A DNA stretch of 14,363 nucleotides from Thermoanaerobaculia bacterium (GTDB lineage Bacteria > Acidobacteriota > Thermoanaerobaculia > Multivoradales > UBA5704). This document shows, piece after piece, positions 6,627 to 14,363 of this stretch. Within the stretch, counting starts at the first letter, position 1, and each line of letters begins with the position of its first letter. The position numbers and the translations under genes were made by a program. Below the pieces are notes generated by a model. That model saw only the letters and a program-made list of their open reading frames with translations. It did not search any database and was not told where the DNA came from. The stretch covers positions 1 to 14,363 of the forward strand of contig JBGAGQ010000106.1 in assembly GCA_044226625.1 (NCBI GenBank), written 5' to 3'.

Positions 6627-7616
6627 TCAGGCGGAGGCCTGCCGCGAAAGGCCCGCGAGCTCGGCGCGTAGCTGCTCGATCAGGGCGGTGTTGCGCCCCT
6701 CGTCTCCCAGCCGAGCCAGCTGCGCCTTCTTGTGCGCGAGCTCGCCGCAAACTTGGTAGAAACGGCGAGTCGGGCGGCGCCCCGCGCCGACGAGAGTGCG
6801 CAGGCGGGCGCCGGTCTGCGCCCAGCTCGAGGCCGCCGTGCGGTATTGCGCGTCGGTCAGGCGGCCGAAACCCACCTCCTCGGCGAGGTGGAGGCCGACG
6901 AGCTTGCCCTCTCTCTGGATCAGGATCAGGAGGAGGACCGAGATCGCGAACCAACCGGTCCAATCGACCACCAACATCAGAAGGCCAAAGGCGCCCGCCC
7001 CTTCGGCCAGGGTCGCGAGCGTGTTGTGGAGCGAATGGCTGGCGAGCGAGGCCACCCAACCGAGCGGCGGGGCGAGCCACCGCACCGCCGTGATCCGGCT
7101 CAAGCGAGAGAGCGCGAGGCCGATGCCGATCCACGAGGTGTAGAAAGGGTGGTCCCAGATGCCCAGCACCACGCGGACCACGAACAGCGTTCCGAGCCCT
7201 TCCATCCCCTTCTCGGTGTACTCGCCGTAGAGATAGAAGACGTTCTCCGTCGCCGCGAACCCGAGCGCCACGATCGAGGCGTACACGATGCCGTCGAGCA
7301 CCGAGTCGAACTCGCGCCGAAGGAAGAGGAAGACGCCGAGGACCGCGAGGCCCTTCAGGCTCTCTTCCGTGATCGGTGCGAAGAGGGTCGAGCCGGCGAC
7401 GTCCGCCGCGCGCTCCGAGCCGGTCGCCGCGCTCACCGCGCCCGAGAGGATCAACTGCGCGACGAGTGCTCCGACTATCGCCACCACCGCTCCCCAGAAG
7501 AAGACGAAGCCGAGCAGCAGGCGCGGCTCTTTCTCATAGCGATCGAGCCAATAGACGAACGCCGCGCAGGCGAGCGCGGGCACGAAGCTCGAGATCAGGG
7601 CGACGAGGAACCCCAT
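6627..7616 (-). CDS. prsW: PrsW-family intramembrane glutamic metalloprotease, 329 aa
   Basis: Start placed at ATG 7616 (MGFLVAL...) after a G-rich SD (GGAGCAGGGGG). N-terminal DRYEKEP, catalytic EESLK (EExxK), DGIVY, GFAATEN (FxxxEN), DHPFYT and HSLHN (HxxxN); multiple TM helices. The symbol denotes the family, not proven orthology. Confidence 0.88.
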   Translation of the reverse strand: MGFLVALISSFVPALACAAFVYWLDRYEKEPRLLLGFVFFWGAVVAIVGALVAQLILSGAVSAATGSERAADVAGSTLFAPITEESLKGLAVLGVFLFLRREFDSVLDGIVYASIVALGFAATENVFYLYGEYTEKGMEGLGTLFVVRVVLGIWDHPFYTSWIGIGLALSRLSRITAVRWLAPPLGWVASLASHSLHNTLATLAEGAGAFGLLMLVVDWTGWFAISVLLLILIQREGKLVGLHLAEEVGFGRLTDAQYRTAASSWAQTGARLRTLVGAGRRPTRRFYQVCGELAHKKAQLARLGDEGRNTALIEQLRAELAGLSRQASA

Positions 7617-7671
7617 GGCAACCCCCTGCTCCGACATGCGGATCGAGGGCGCCATTGTCTCACAAGGGCGC

Positions 7672-9213
7672 TCATGGAACGGCCGGAAGCGGCTCGACGC
7701 AGAGGGTCGGACGGGCGCTCCCGCAAGGGGCAAGGAACGGGCTCCAAGCCCCCGTCTGCGGGGTCACCACGACGCCCCTCCAGACGCCCGCCGGATCGCG
7801 CGCGAGCTCGAGATATCCGAACTGGTCGACCGAGAAGCCCGCAGCCGGAGCGCCGTCGACCGTCTGTGCGAAGGCTCCCGAGGGCGGGCTCGTATCCTCC
7901 GCGACGCCGCTGTTGCCGACCACCAGCGTCGGAGGCCGACGGCTCGGGGCGGCGAACGAGAGCGCCTCGAACCGGTGCATGTGGCCGGCGAGGATCTGGT
8001 CGAGCTTCGGCAGGATCGCGGCGCCCGCCTCGCCTCGAAGGGCGCACTGCAGGGTCTGGTTGAGCTCGCCGAACGGCAAGGAATCCCCGCTTTCCGGCTT
8101 GCCGTCGCAGCCGTACAGCGTCTCGCCCGCATCCTGGACGCCCCAGACCGGCCGATGCCCCATCATCCACGCCCGCCGGGCGCGCAGCCGCTTTCCGGCG
8201 GCCAGGAACTGCCGGCGGTAGGCGTCGACGAGGCCGGGAAGCTGATCGCAGGCGTTCGCCGAATCGACCACCAGGAGGTCGAGGTCGCCCAGGTGGAGCA
8301 CCTGGGGATCGACCAGCCGAAGGTGCGGCAGCGCCTCCCCTTCGCCATCCTGTGACGGGCAGGAGAGCTGCCGGCCGCCCCCCTCGGGAAGGTTCGAGCT
8401 CGCGTCGAGGAAATAGAACCAGCCCGGTCCCGCGTGGCTGCACAGCTCATGGTTGCCGCGGGCGAACACCCACGGTGCCGCCTCGAGAAGCGGCGCGGCC
8501 GGCTCGAAGAAGTCGAGCCACCATGCCTGCCAGCTGTCGGCGTCGGAATTGCCCGTGCTGTTCTGGCTGTAGTACGGCCCCGGCAGGTCGCACAGCTCCG
8601 ACGGTTCCGAGCCGTCACCCGCGTCGTAGTACCACTTCTGGACCGACTGACCGTTCTCGGTAGCGGTAAAGCCGCTCGGCGTGCCGCGATAGTTGTAGTC
8701 GCCCACGTGCAACACGAGATCGGGCGGATCGACCGCCGCGGCTTTCGTGAGCGAAGGGAACGGCCACTGCGGATCGTCGAGCCCGCACCCCGATTGGTCC
8801 TTCGGTTTGCATCCCGAATCGCCGAAAACCGCAATCCGCTTCGGAGGTGCCTTCGAGGGATCCGCCACCGGCGGAAGCTTCGGACCGCCTGCGACCGAGA
8901 ACGCCTTTCCGAACGGATATCGCGCTTCGCAAACCTTGACCGGGAAGCCGTGCGGATTCTTCCGCGGCGTCGTCCGGATCTTTGCCTTGCCCCCACCGAT
9001 CCCCACCAACTCGGGGCAAGAGACCGCCGGATCGACGATCACCCGGGCGAAAGGAACCGTCCGGCCGGACGGAGATTCGGCGAGCAGGACGTAGGCGGCG
9101 TAGATCTTGGGCGGCAAAGCGGAAGCCACCTGGGCGGCCGCCGCCCGAGCGAAGAGTCCCACGAGGACCGCGCCGAAGACGCCACGGACGAGCACCCCGT
9201 CTCGATTTCTCAT
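7672..9213 (-). CDS. Secreted calcineurin-like metallophosphoesterase with purple acid phosphatase-type motifs, 513 aa
   Basis: Signal peptide (MRNRDGVLVRGVFGAVLVGLFARAAAA-Q); five metal-binding blocks GDSG, HVGDYNY, RGNHE, MGHRP, LAGHMH. ATG 9213 is preferred over GTG 9222 because a TANNNT box lies 7 nt upstream of it. Confidence 0.88.
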   Translation of the reverse strand: MRNRDGVLVRGVFGAVLVGLFARAAAAQVASALPPKIYAAYVLLAESPSGRTVPFARVIVDPAVSCPELVGIGGGKAKIRTTPRKNPHGFPVKVCEARYPFGKAFSVAGGPKLPPVADPSKAPPKRIAVFGDSGCKPKDQSGCGLDDPQWPFPSLTKAAAVDPPDLVLHVGDYNYRGTPSGFTATENGQSVQKWYYDAGDGSEPSELCDLPGPYYSQNSTGNSDADSWQAWWLDFFEPAAPLLEAAPWVFARGNHELCSHAGPGWFYFLDASSNLPEGGGRQLSCPSQDGEGEALPHLRLVDPQVLHLGDLDLLVVDSANACDQLPGLVDAYRRQFLAAGKRLRARRAWMMGHRPVWGVQDAGETLYGCDGKPESGDSLPFGELNQTLQCALRGEAGAAILPKLDQILAGHMHRFEALSFAAPSRRPPTLVVGNSGVAEDTSPPSGAFAQTVDGAPAAGFSVDQFGYLELARDPAGVWRGVVVTPQTGAWSPFLAPCGSARPTLCVEPLPAVP

Positions 9214-9226
9214 GGCGGGCACTCTA
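9214..9226 (-). promoter_or_regulatory. -10 box for a probable leaderless transcript of the metallophosphoesterase
   Basis: Minus strand reads TAGAGT-GCCCGCC-ATG (TANNNT + 7 nt + ATG); no SD. Confidence 0.55.
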
Positions 9227-9298
9227 CATTGGAGATCGGAACGCTGAGAATCGACTTGGCGCCCGAGGACCGGAGGCGGCCCTACATTTTCTCTCCCC

Positions 9299-11722
9299 CT
9301 ACTCCCCCACCCGCAACACGAGCACGGTCAGGTCGTCCTCGCGGGGCATCGCGCCGGTGAAGCGGTCGAGGTCGGCGAGGACTCCTTTGCGGATCGCTTC
9401 GACCGAGCCCGGGGCGTGGTGGGCGAGGCTTTTTTCCAGGCGTTCGAATCCGAAAGACTCGTCGCTCTTGGTGCCGCGGGCCTCGACCAGGCCGTCGCTG
9501 AACAGGAAGATCGCGTCGCCGGGAGAAACTTTCGCCGCGCGGGGCGAAATCTCCAACAGGCCGCGCACGCCGAGCGGATACGCGGTCGATTCGAGCGGCG
9601 AGACTTTGCCGTCCCGGGAGACGAGATAGGGATAGAGGTGGCCCGCACTCGCGTACCGGACCTCGCCGCGCGCCGGGTCGATCAGCGCGTAACAGAGCGT
9701 CGTGAGCAGGCGCCGTCGCGCGCTCTGGTAGACGATCCGGTTGAGCGTCTGAAACACCGCCTCGATGGCCGGATCGAAGGTCACCTGCACCGCGAGCGCC
9801 GACTTCGCCATCGACATCACGAGGCCCGAAGAGACGCCGTGCCCCGCGACGTCGCCGATCGCCACGGCGACCCGGCCGTCTTCGAGCGCGAGCACGTCGT
9901 AGAAGTCTCCTCCTACTTCGCTCGCGGGCAGATAGGCGTGGGCGATGTCGACGCCGGCCAACCGCGGAGGCAGGTCGGGAAGGATCGAGCTCTGGATGCC
10001 CCGCGCGGTCTCAAGCTCCACCCGCTGCCGCTCCCGCTCGGCGATGCGACGGACGTGCGGCGGGACGTCCTCGTAGCGATAGATCCGTTCCTCGCCGGAG
10101 CCCAGATAGCGCAGGCTCGCGAGGAGCGGCAGGGCGAGCAGCGCGAGCGCCGCCCAACCGTTGGCTTCTAAGCTGCGGTCTCCGGCCAGGAAGAGCGGCA
10201 GCGCGCTCAGGGTCACGAGAGCGGTCGCCGCCGCGAGCAGCGCCGCGAGCAGGTCGACGCCGCGGAAGATCGCGACGACCCCGGCCGCGAGGACGAGCGC
10301 GAACAGCAGGCAAGGCAGAGCCGGCAGCGGCATCCCCGGCGAAAACAGGACCGGCGCGAGGGCCAAGGCGCCGACCCCGCTGCCGAGCCAAGGTCCGAGC
10401 CGCTTCTCGACCGTCGGCAGCAAACAGAGGAGAACGGCGAGGAGCGGTCCGAGGCTGCCCCAGAAGAACGACGCGACCAGCTCGACCGCGGGCACCGCCG
10501 AACCGACCGCCGAGGGGAGGAAGAACGAGACGAGCGGCCAGCCACCGAGTCGGGCGAGCGCGATCTCGACCGCGGCGAGGACCCCGGCGAGGGCGATCCC
10601 GCCGGTCAGCCCGGCGAGCGCGGAGCGCGCCACGGTGGCGTTGCGCCATTCGCCGACGAACAGCGCGTCGAAGCCCGCGAGCTTCTCGCCCCAACGCTCG
10701 CGGCAGATCGACTCCCCTACGCCCCAGGCGAAGAAGGCGGCGATGCCGCTCGGCAGGACATTGAACAGCGCCAGCACCAGCGCGAGCACCCAGGTCGTCT
10801 GCTCGCGCGTCGCGATGCCGAGCCCGAACCCCTGGGCGCTCGAGCGGATGGTGAGAGTGAGGGCGATCAGCCCCGGGCCCACCACCAGGGCGAAGACCTG
10901 CACGGCGCGGCGAACGCCGATCAATCCCTCGTGATATCGCAGCAGAAACGACGGAGCGAGCCAGAGCAGCATCACGAAAAGCAGGGCGATGCCGACCACC
11001 CCGGAGAACGTGATCTCGCGGACCACCGGCTGGAGCTCCGTCCGGCGCGGGTCCTCGAACCAGGAGCCGAAACCGGTCAAGCGATCTCCTGCGAACCGGA
11101 CCTGAACGCCGTGGCGGACCGCCGTCTTCGGATCGGCGCGGAGCTCCCCTCCCAGCGCGGGATAGCGGACGGTGGTATCGGTGCGCGCCGCGAGCTGCCG
11201 GCGCCGGACCTCCGGCGCGCCGAAGCGCCCGAGGTCAAACGCCCGCGAGCGAAGGTATTCCTTCGATTGGCGAACCGCCTCCGCGTCGGTGATGGCGGCT
11301 CCGGGATCGTTCTCATCGACCCTGCGCTCGAGCGAGAGCACCGCTCCGGAGAGGGAAATCTCGGCGCGGTAGGTCCATTCCTCACGGGTGACACCGCGCG
11401 GATAGACCAGCACCTCCCAGTGGACCGCCTGGGAGAGCAGCTCGGCGGGTTGCCGCGAACCGGAGACCTGGAGGCGCCGCTCAATCAGCGGGTCGCCGTC
11501 GATTCGGGCTACGACATAGGGGCTTTGGACGGGAGTGCCGAGGCGGACGACCTCCCGCAGCGCGATCGCCGTCGCCTCGGCCCGGGTCGTGGTCCAGGGT
11601 AAGGGAAGGGTCGGGAGCGTACGGGGGCCCAGCCCGATCAGAGCCGCCGCTCCGAGCGCGGCTCCCCCGATCCAGGCGATCCAACCCAGCCTGCCGCCCA
11701 ATGTACGGATGTCTGCTCCCAT
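9299..11722 (-). CDS. Multi-TM membrane sensor PP2C-type (SpoIIE/RsbU-like) Ser/Thr phosphatase, 807 aa
   Basis: C-terminal PP2C domain with intact motifs ELETARGIQ..LP, VGGDFYD, IGDVAGHG, ASAGH, FSDGLVE, DDLTVL. N-terminal TM, ~200-aa extracytoplasmic domain, then about 9-10 hydrophobic helices. Confidence 0.9.
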   Translation of the reverse strand: MGADIRTLGGRLGWIAWIGGAALGAAALIGLGPRTLPTLPLPWTTTRAEATAIALREVVRLGTPVQSPYVVARIDGDPLIERRLQVSGSRQPAELLSQAVHWEVLVYPRGVTREEWTYRAEISLSGAVLSLERRVDENDPGAAITDAEAVRQSKEYLRSRAFDLGRFGAPEVRRRQLAARTDTTVRYPALGGELRADPKTAVRHGVQVRFAGDRLTGFGSWFEDPRRTELQPVVREITFSGVVGIALLFVMLLWLAPSFLLRYHEGLIGVRRAVQVFALVVGPGLIALTLTIRSSAQGFGLGIATREQTTWVLALVLALFNVLPSGIAAFFAWGVGESICRERWGEKLAGFDALFVGEWRNATVARSALAGLTGGIALAGVLAAVEIALARLGGWPLVSFFLPSAVGSAVPAVELVASFFWGSLGPLLAVLLCLLPTVEKRLGPWLGSGVGALALAPVLFSPGMPLPALPCLLFALVLAAGVVAIFRGVDLLAALLAAATALVTLSALPLFLAGDRSLEANGWAALALLALPLLASLRYLGSGEERIYRYEDVPPHVRRIAERERQRVELETARGIQSSILPDLPPRLAGVDIAHAYLPASEVGGDFYDVLALEDGRVAVAIGDVAGHGVSSGLVMSMAKSALAVQVTFDPAIEAVFQTLNRIVYQSARRRLLTTLCYALIDPARGEVRYASAGHLYPYLVSRDGKVSPLESTAYPLGVRGLLEISPRAAKVSPGDAIFLFSDGLVEARGTKSDESFGFERLEKSLAHHAPGSVEAIRKGVLADLDRFTGAMPREDDLTVLVLRVGE

Positions 11723-11764
11723 GACCTGCGAAGCCCCTCGTTGGCTCCTCGAAACTTGGTACGA

Positions 11765-11799
11765 GCCGGGAGGGGCGAGGTTGCGGCCCCGCTCCCGGC
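11765..11799 (-). terminator. Hairpin between mdh and the PP2C gene (possible terminator or stabiliser)
   Basis: GCCGGGAG-GGGC pairs with GCCCC-G-CTCCCGGC with one bulge, 12 nt after the mdh stop; no U-tract. Confidence 0.35.
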
Positions 11800-11811
11800 C
11801 CGCGAAGCGGC

Positions 11812-12738
11812 TTAAGCCGGTAGGGCGTCGACCAGCTCGCGCACGGCGGCGGCCGACTTCTCAAGCGCCGCCTGCTCTTCCGGCTGGAGCGAGAGCTCGA
11901 TCACCTGCTCCATACCGCCGCGGCCGAGCCGGACCGGCACGCCGACGAACAGGCCGTTCAAGCCGTACTCGCCGTCGAGCAGCACCGCGCAGGGGAGGAT
12001 CTTTTTCTTGTCGTGGAGGATCGCCGCCACCATCTCATACGTCGAGGCCGACGGGGCGTAGTAGGCCGAGCCGGTCTTGTAATAGTTGACGATCTCGATG
12101 CCGCCGTTCTTCGTCCGGTGGTTGATCGCGTCGATCCGCTCGGCCGATAGGAGCTGAGGTAGCGGAATCCCGGCGACCGTGGCGAATCGCGAGACCGGCA
12201 CCATCGTATCGCCGTGGCCACCGAGCACGAACGCGTCGACGTCCTCGACCGAGACCTTGAGCTCGTCGGCGATGAACCAGCGCATGCGCGCCGCGTCGAG
12301 CACTCCTGCCATGCCGAACACCCGCTCGCGCGGGAAGCCCGAGACGCGCCGCGCCACTTCGCACATGGCGTCGAGCGGATTGGTGACCAGGATGAGAATC
12401 GTGTTCGGGGAGTGGGCGACCAGTTGCTCGACGCATCCCTTGACGATCTCGGCGTTCTTCATCAGCAAGTCGTCGCGCGACATGCCGGGTTTCCGCGCCA
12501 GGCCGGCCGTGATCACGCAGACGTCCGAGCCCGCGGTCGCCGCGTAATCGCCGCCGCCGGTGATCTTCGCGTTGAAGCCGAGGACCGGCGCCGCCTCCAT
12601 CATGTCGAGCGCCTTGCCGGTCGCGAGGTCCGCCGCGACGTCGATCATCACGACGTCGGCCAGATCCGCCTCCGCGATCCGCTGCGCGAGGGTCGCGCCG
12701 ACGTTGCCGGCGCCCACTACGGTGACTTTATGTTGCAT
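11812..12738 (-). CDS. mdh: Malate dehydrogenase (LDH-like, NAD-dependent), 308 aa
   Basis: True start ATG 12738 ([14 protein letters not shown]) with GGAG SD. Rossmann [27 protein letters not shown] (Arg specifying malate/oxaloacetate), VTNPLD, GVLDAAR, LGGHGD, GSAYYAP; directly downstream of icd. Confidence 0.96.
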   Translation of the reverse strand: MQHKVTVVGAGNVGATLAQRIAEADLADVVMIDVAADLATGKALDMMEAAPVLGFNAKITGGGDYAATAGSDVCVITAGLARKPGMSRDDLLMKNAEIVKGCVEQLVAHSPNTILILVTNPLDAMCEVARRVSGFPRERVFGMAGVLDAARMRWFIADELKVSVEDVDAFVLGGHGDTMVPVSRFATVAGIPLPQLLSAERIDAINHRTKNGGIEIVNYYKTGSAYYAPSASTYEMVAAILHDKKKILPCAVLLDGEYGLNGLFVGVPVRLGRGGMEQVIELSLQPEEQAALEKSAAAVRELVDALPA

Positions 12739-12776
12739 CGGAAGGTTCTCCGTTTCTTCGTTCGGAATGGGGATAT

Positions 12777-14027
12777 CTACAGGTTTTCGACGATCGCGGC
12801 CGCGAACTCGGAGGTCTTCAGGAGCTTCGCCCCTTCCATCTGCCGCTCGAGGTCGTAGGTGACGCGCTTCTGGCCAATCGTCCGGCCGAGCCCCTCCTCG
12901 ACCGCGGTCGCCGCCTCGGGCCAGCCGAGCCAGCGGAGCATCATCGCGCCGGAGAGGATCAGCGATCCCGGGTTGATCTTGTCGAGGTTCGCGTATTTGG
13001 GCGCCGTGCCGTGGGTCGCCTCGAACACGGCGTAACCGTCCCCTTCGTTGCTCCCCGGGGCGATGCCGAGGCCGCCCACCTGGGCCGCCAGCGCGTCGGA
13101 GAGATAGTCGCCGTTCAAGTTGGTGGTGGCGATCACGTCGTACTCGTCCGGACGCAACAGCGCCTGCTGGAACATCGAGTCGGCGATCCGGTCCTTCACC
13201 ACGATCTTGCGCTCGGGGGCCTTGCCGCCGTGCTGGTCCCAAAGCTCGGTCTCGGTGATCGTCCGATCGCCGAACTCCTCGCGCGCGAGCTCGTAGCCCC
13301 AGTCTTTGAACGCCCCCTCGGTGAACTTCATGATGTTGCCCTTGTGGACGAGCGTCACGCTCTTCCGCCCGAACTCGAGCGCGTAGCGGATCGCCTTCCG
13401 GGCCAGGCGCTGGCTGCCGAACTTCGAGATCGGCTTGATCCCGATGCCGCTGCCGGGGCGGACGTTCTTGCCCGCTTTGGCGAGGAAATCGATCAGCGCG
13501 TTCGCCCCTTCGGAGTCGGCCGCCCATTCGATACCGGAATAGACGTCCTCGATGTTCTCGCGGAAGAGGACCATGTCCACCTTCTCGGGCTCGCGCACCG
13601 GCGACGGCACGCCGGTGAAGTAGCGAACCGGCCGGACGCAGGCGTAGAGGTCGAGGATCTGGCGGAGAGCGACGTTCAAGCTCCGGATACCGCCGCCGAC
13701 CGGCGTCGTGAGCGGTCCTTTGAGCGCCACCCGGTAATGGCGGATCGCGTCGACGGTGTCGTTCGGCAACCATTCGTTCCGGTTGGTGAACGCCTTCTCG
13801 CCGGCGAGAACCTCGAACCAGGCGATCGAGCGAGATCCGCCGTAGGTCTTCGCGACCGCGCCGTCGAGGACGGTGCGGGTCGCCTTCCAGATGTCCGGAC
13901 CGGTGCCGTCCCCTTCAATGAACGGGACGATCGGTCGATCGGGTACTTCCAAGCGGCCTTCGGCCGCGTGCCACTGGATCTCGCCGCCATCGGCGGGCGG
14001 CGTCATGTCATTGAATCGGCGCTCCAC
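12777..14027 (-). CDS. icd: NADP-dependent isocitrate dehydrogenase (E. coli/Bacillus dimeric type), 416 aa
   Basis: GTG 14027 preceded by an AAGGAGG SD. Motifs [74 protein letters not shown] and VTYDLER (K/Y and Y/R residues of NADP-specific enzymes). Confidence 0.96.
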   Translation of the reverse strand: MERRFNDMTPPADGGEIQWHAAEGRLEVPDRPIVPFIEGDGTGPDIWKATRTVLDGAVAKTYGGSRSIAWFEVLAGEKAFTNRNEWLPNDTVDAIRHYRVALKGPLTTPVGGGIRSLNVALRQILDLYACVRPVRYFTGVPSPVREPEKVDMVLFRENIEDVYSGIEWAADSEGANALIDFLAKAGKNVRPGSGIGIKPISKFGSQRLARKAIRYALEFGRKSVTLVHKGNIMKFTEGAFKDWGYELAREEFGDRTITETELWDQHGGKAPERKIVVKDRIADSMFQQALLRPDEYDVIATTNLNGDYLSDALAAQVGGLGIAPGSNEGDGYAVFEATHGTAPKYANLDKINPGSLILSGAMMLRWLGWPEAATAVEEGLGRTIGQKRVTYDLERQMEGAKLLKTSEFAAAIVENL

Positions 14028-14118
14028 GAGCCCCTCCTTCGTGCACACAAACGGAATCTCACCGCGGAATGCGACGGACTGCCGGGCGGCAGTCGGGCCT
14101 TTTGGGTCAGGCGTTCGG

Positions 14119-14127
14119 ACTATAGCA
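14119..14127 (-). promoter_or_regulatory. Extended -10 promoter for icd-mdh
   Basis: Minus strand TG-C-TATAGT, about 90 nt upstream of the icd GTG. Confidence 0.55.
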
Positions 14128-14156
14128 GGCCGGCCCCTCGGGCGTCCGGCCGGGCG

Positions 14157-14169
14157 TAGAATGGCGCCC
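14157..14169 (+). promoter_or_regulatory. -10 box for probable leaderless cdd transcript
   Basis: TAGAAT-GGCGCCC-ATG(14170); no SD. Confidence 0.6.
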
Positions 14170-14363
14170 ATGCCGAACATCGATTGGGAACCGCTCCTCC
14201 GCGCCGCCGAGGAGGCGCGCGGACGCTCCTACTCCCCTTACAGCCGGTACGCGGTGGGCGCGGCGCTCCTCATGGAAGACGGCTCGATCCAGGCCGCCGC
14301 GAACGTCGAGAACTCGATCCCCGCCCTCTCGATCTGCGCCGAGCGCAACGCCGTATCCCGAGC
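14170..14363 (+). CDS. cdd: Cytidine deaminase (homotetrameric type), 5' part, truncated by window edge
   Basis: Hand translation [64 protein letters not shown]: YSPYS, VGAAL, NVEN and the CAE zinc/catalytic motif. Not in the ORF track. An alternative in-frame ATG lies at 14161. Confidence 0.9.
   Translation, partial: MPNIDWEPLLRAAEEARGRSYSPYSRYAVGAALLMEDGSIQAAANVENSIPALSICAERNAVSR

Noticed and set aside
7654-7662. Possible extended -10 (TGaGACAAT, minus strand) upstream of prsW
   Set aside because: It lacks the first T of TANNNT and has no clear -35; too weak to list as a feature.
6732-9360. Long plus-strand ORFs (443, 281, 246, 308 aa) opposite prsW and the phosphoesterase
   Set aside because: Antisense shadows of well-supported genes, with low-complexity Arg-rich translations.
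12739-13773. mdh frame open ~1 kb upstream through icd (possible frameshifted Icd-Mdh fusion)
   Set aside because: The Arg/Pro-rich off-frame translation is typical of high-GC DNA. icd has a complete C-terminus and stop, mdh has its own SD, and no slippery site was seen.
14028-14180. 51-aa N-terminal extension of icd in the ORF track
   Set aside because: It covers the promoter region and the cdd start. GTG 14027 has a strong AAGGAGG SD and gives a typical 416-aa enzyme.

Overview
High-GC bacterial chromosomal window (roughly 68-70% GC by eye). Taxonomy cannot be read from the sequence; the gene style suggests Acidobacteriota/Thermoanaerobaculia, which is inference only. Left third: two divergent genes for large secreted Asp-box/BNR beta-propeller proteins (174..2594 minus, 2911..5517 plus). 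A palindrome/direct-repeat control region lies between them, and near-identical REP-like palindromes lie beyond both 3' ends. The plus-strand protein ends in a short 'TPAELIDFSVE' tail that looks like a C-terminal sorting or assembly motif. The minus-strand protein ends in a DNRLRE-like beta-sandwich domain. The rest is a minus-strand run: icd, mdh, a membrane PP2C/SpoIIE phosphatase (sensor region resembles a catalytically dead CPBP/Abi protease), a secreted purple-acid-phosphatase-like metallophosphoesterase, a PrsW-family protease and an AIM24/TIGR00266 protein. A divergent, apparently leaderless cytidine deaminase gene, absent from the ORF track, runs off the right edge. No rRNA, tRNA, CRISPR array or transposase was seen. 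All family calls come from reading motifs; no database searches were run.
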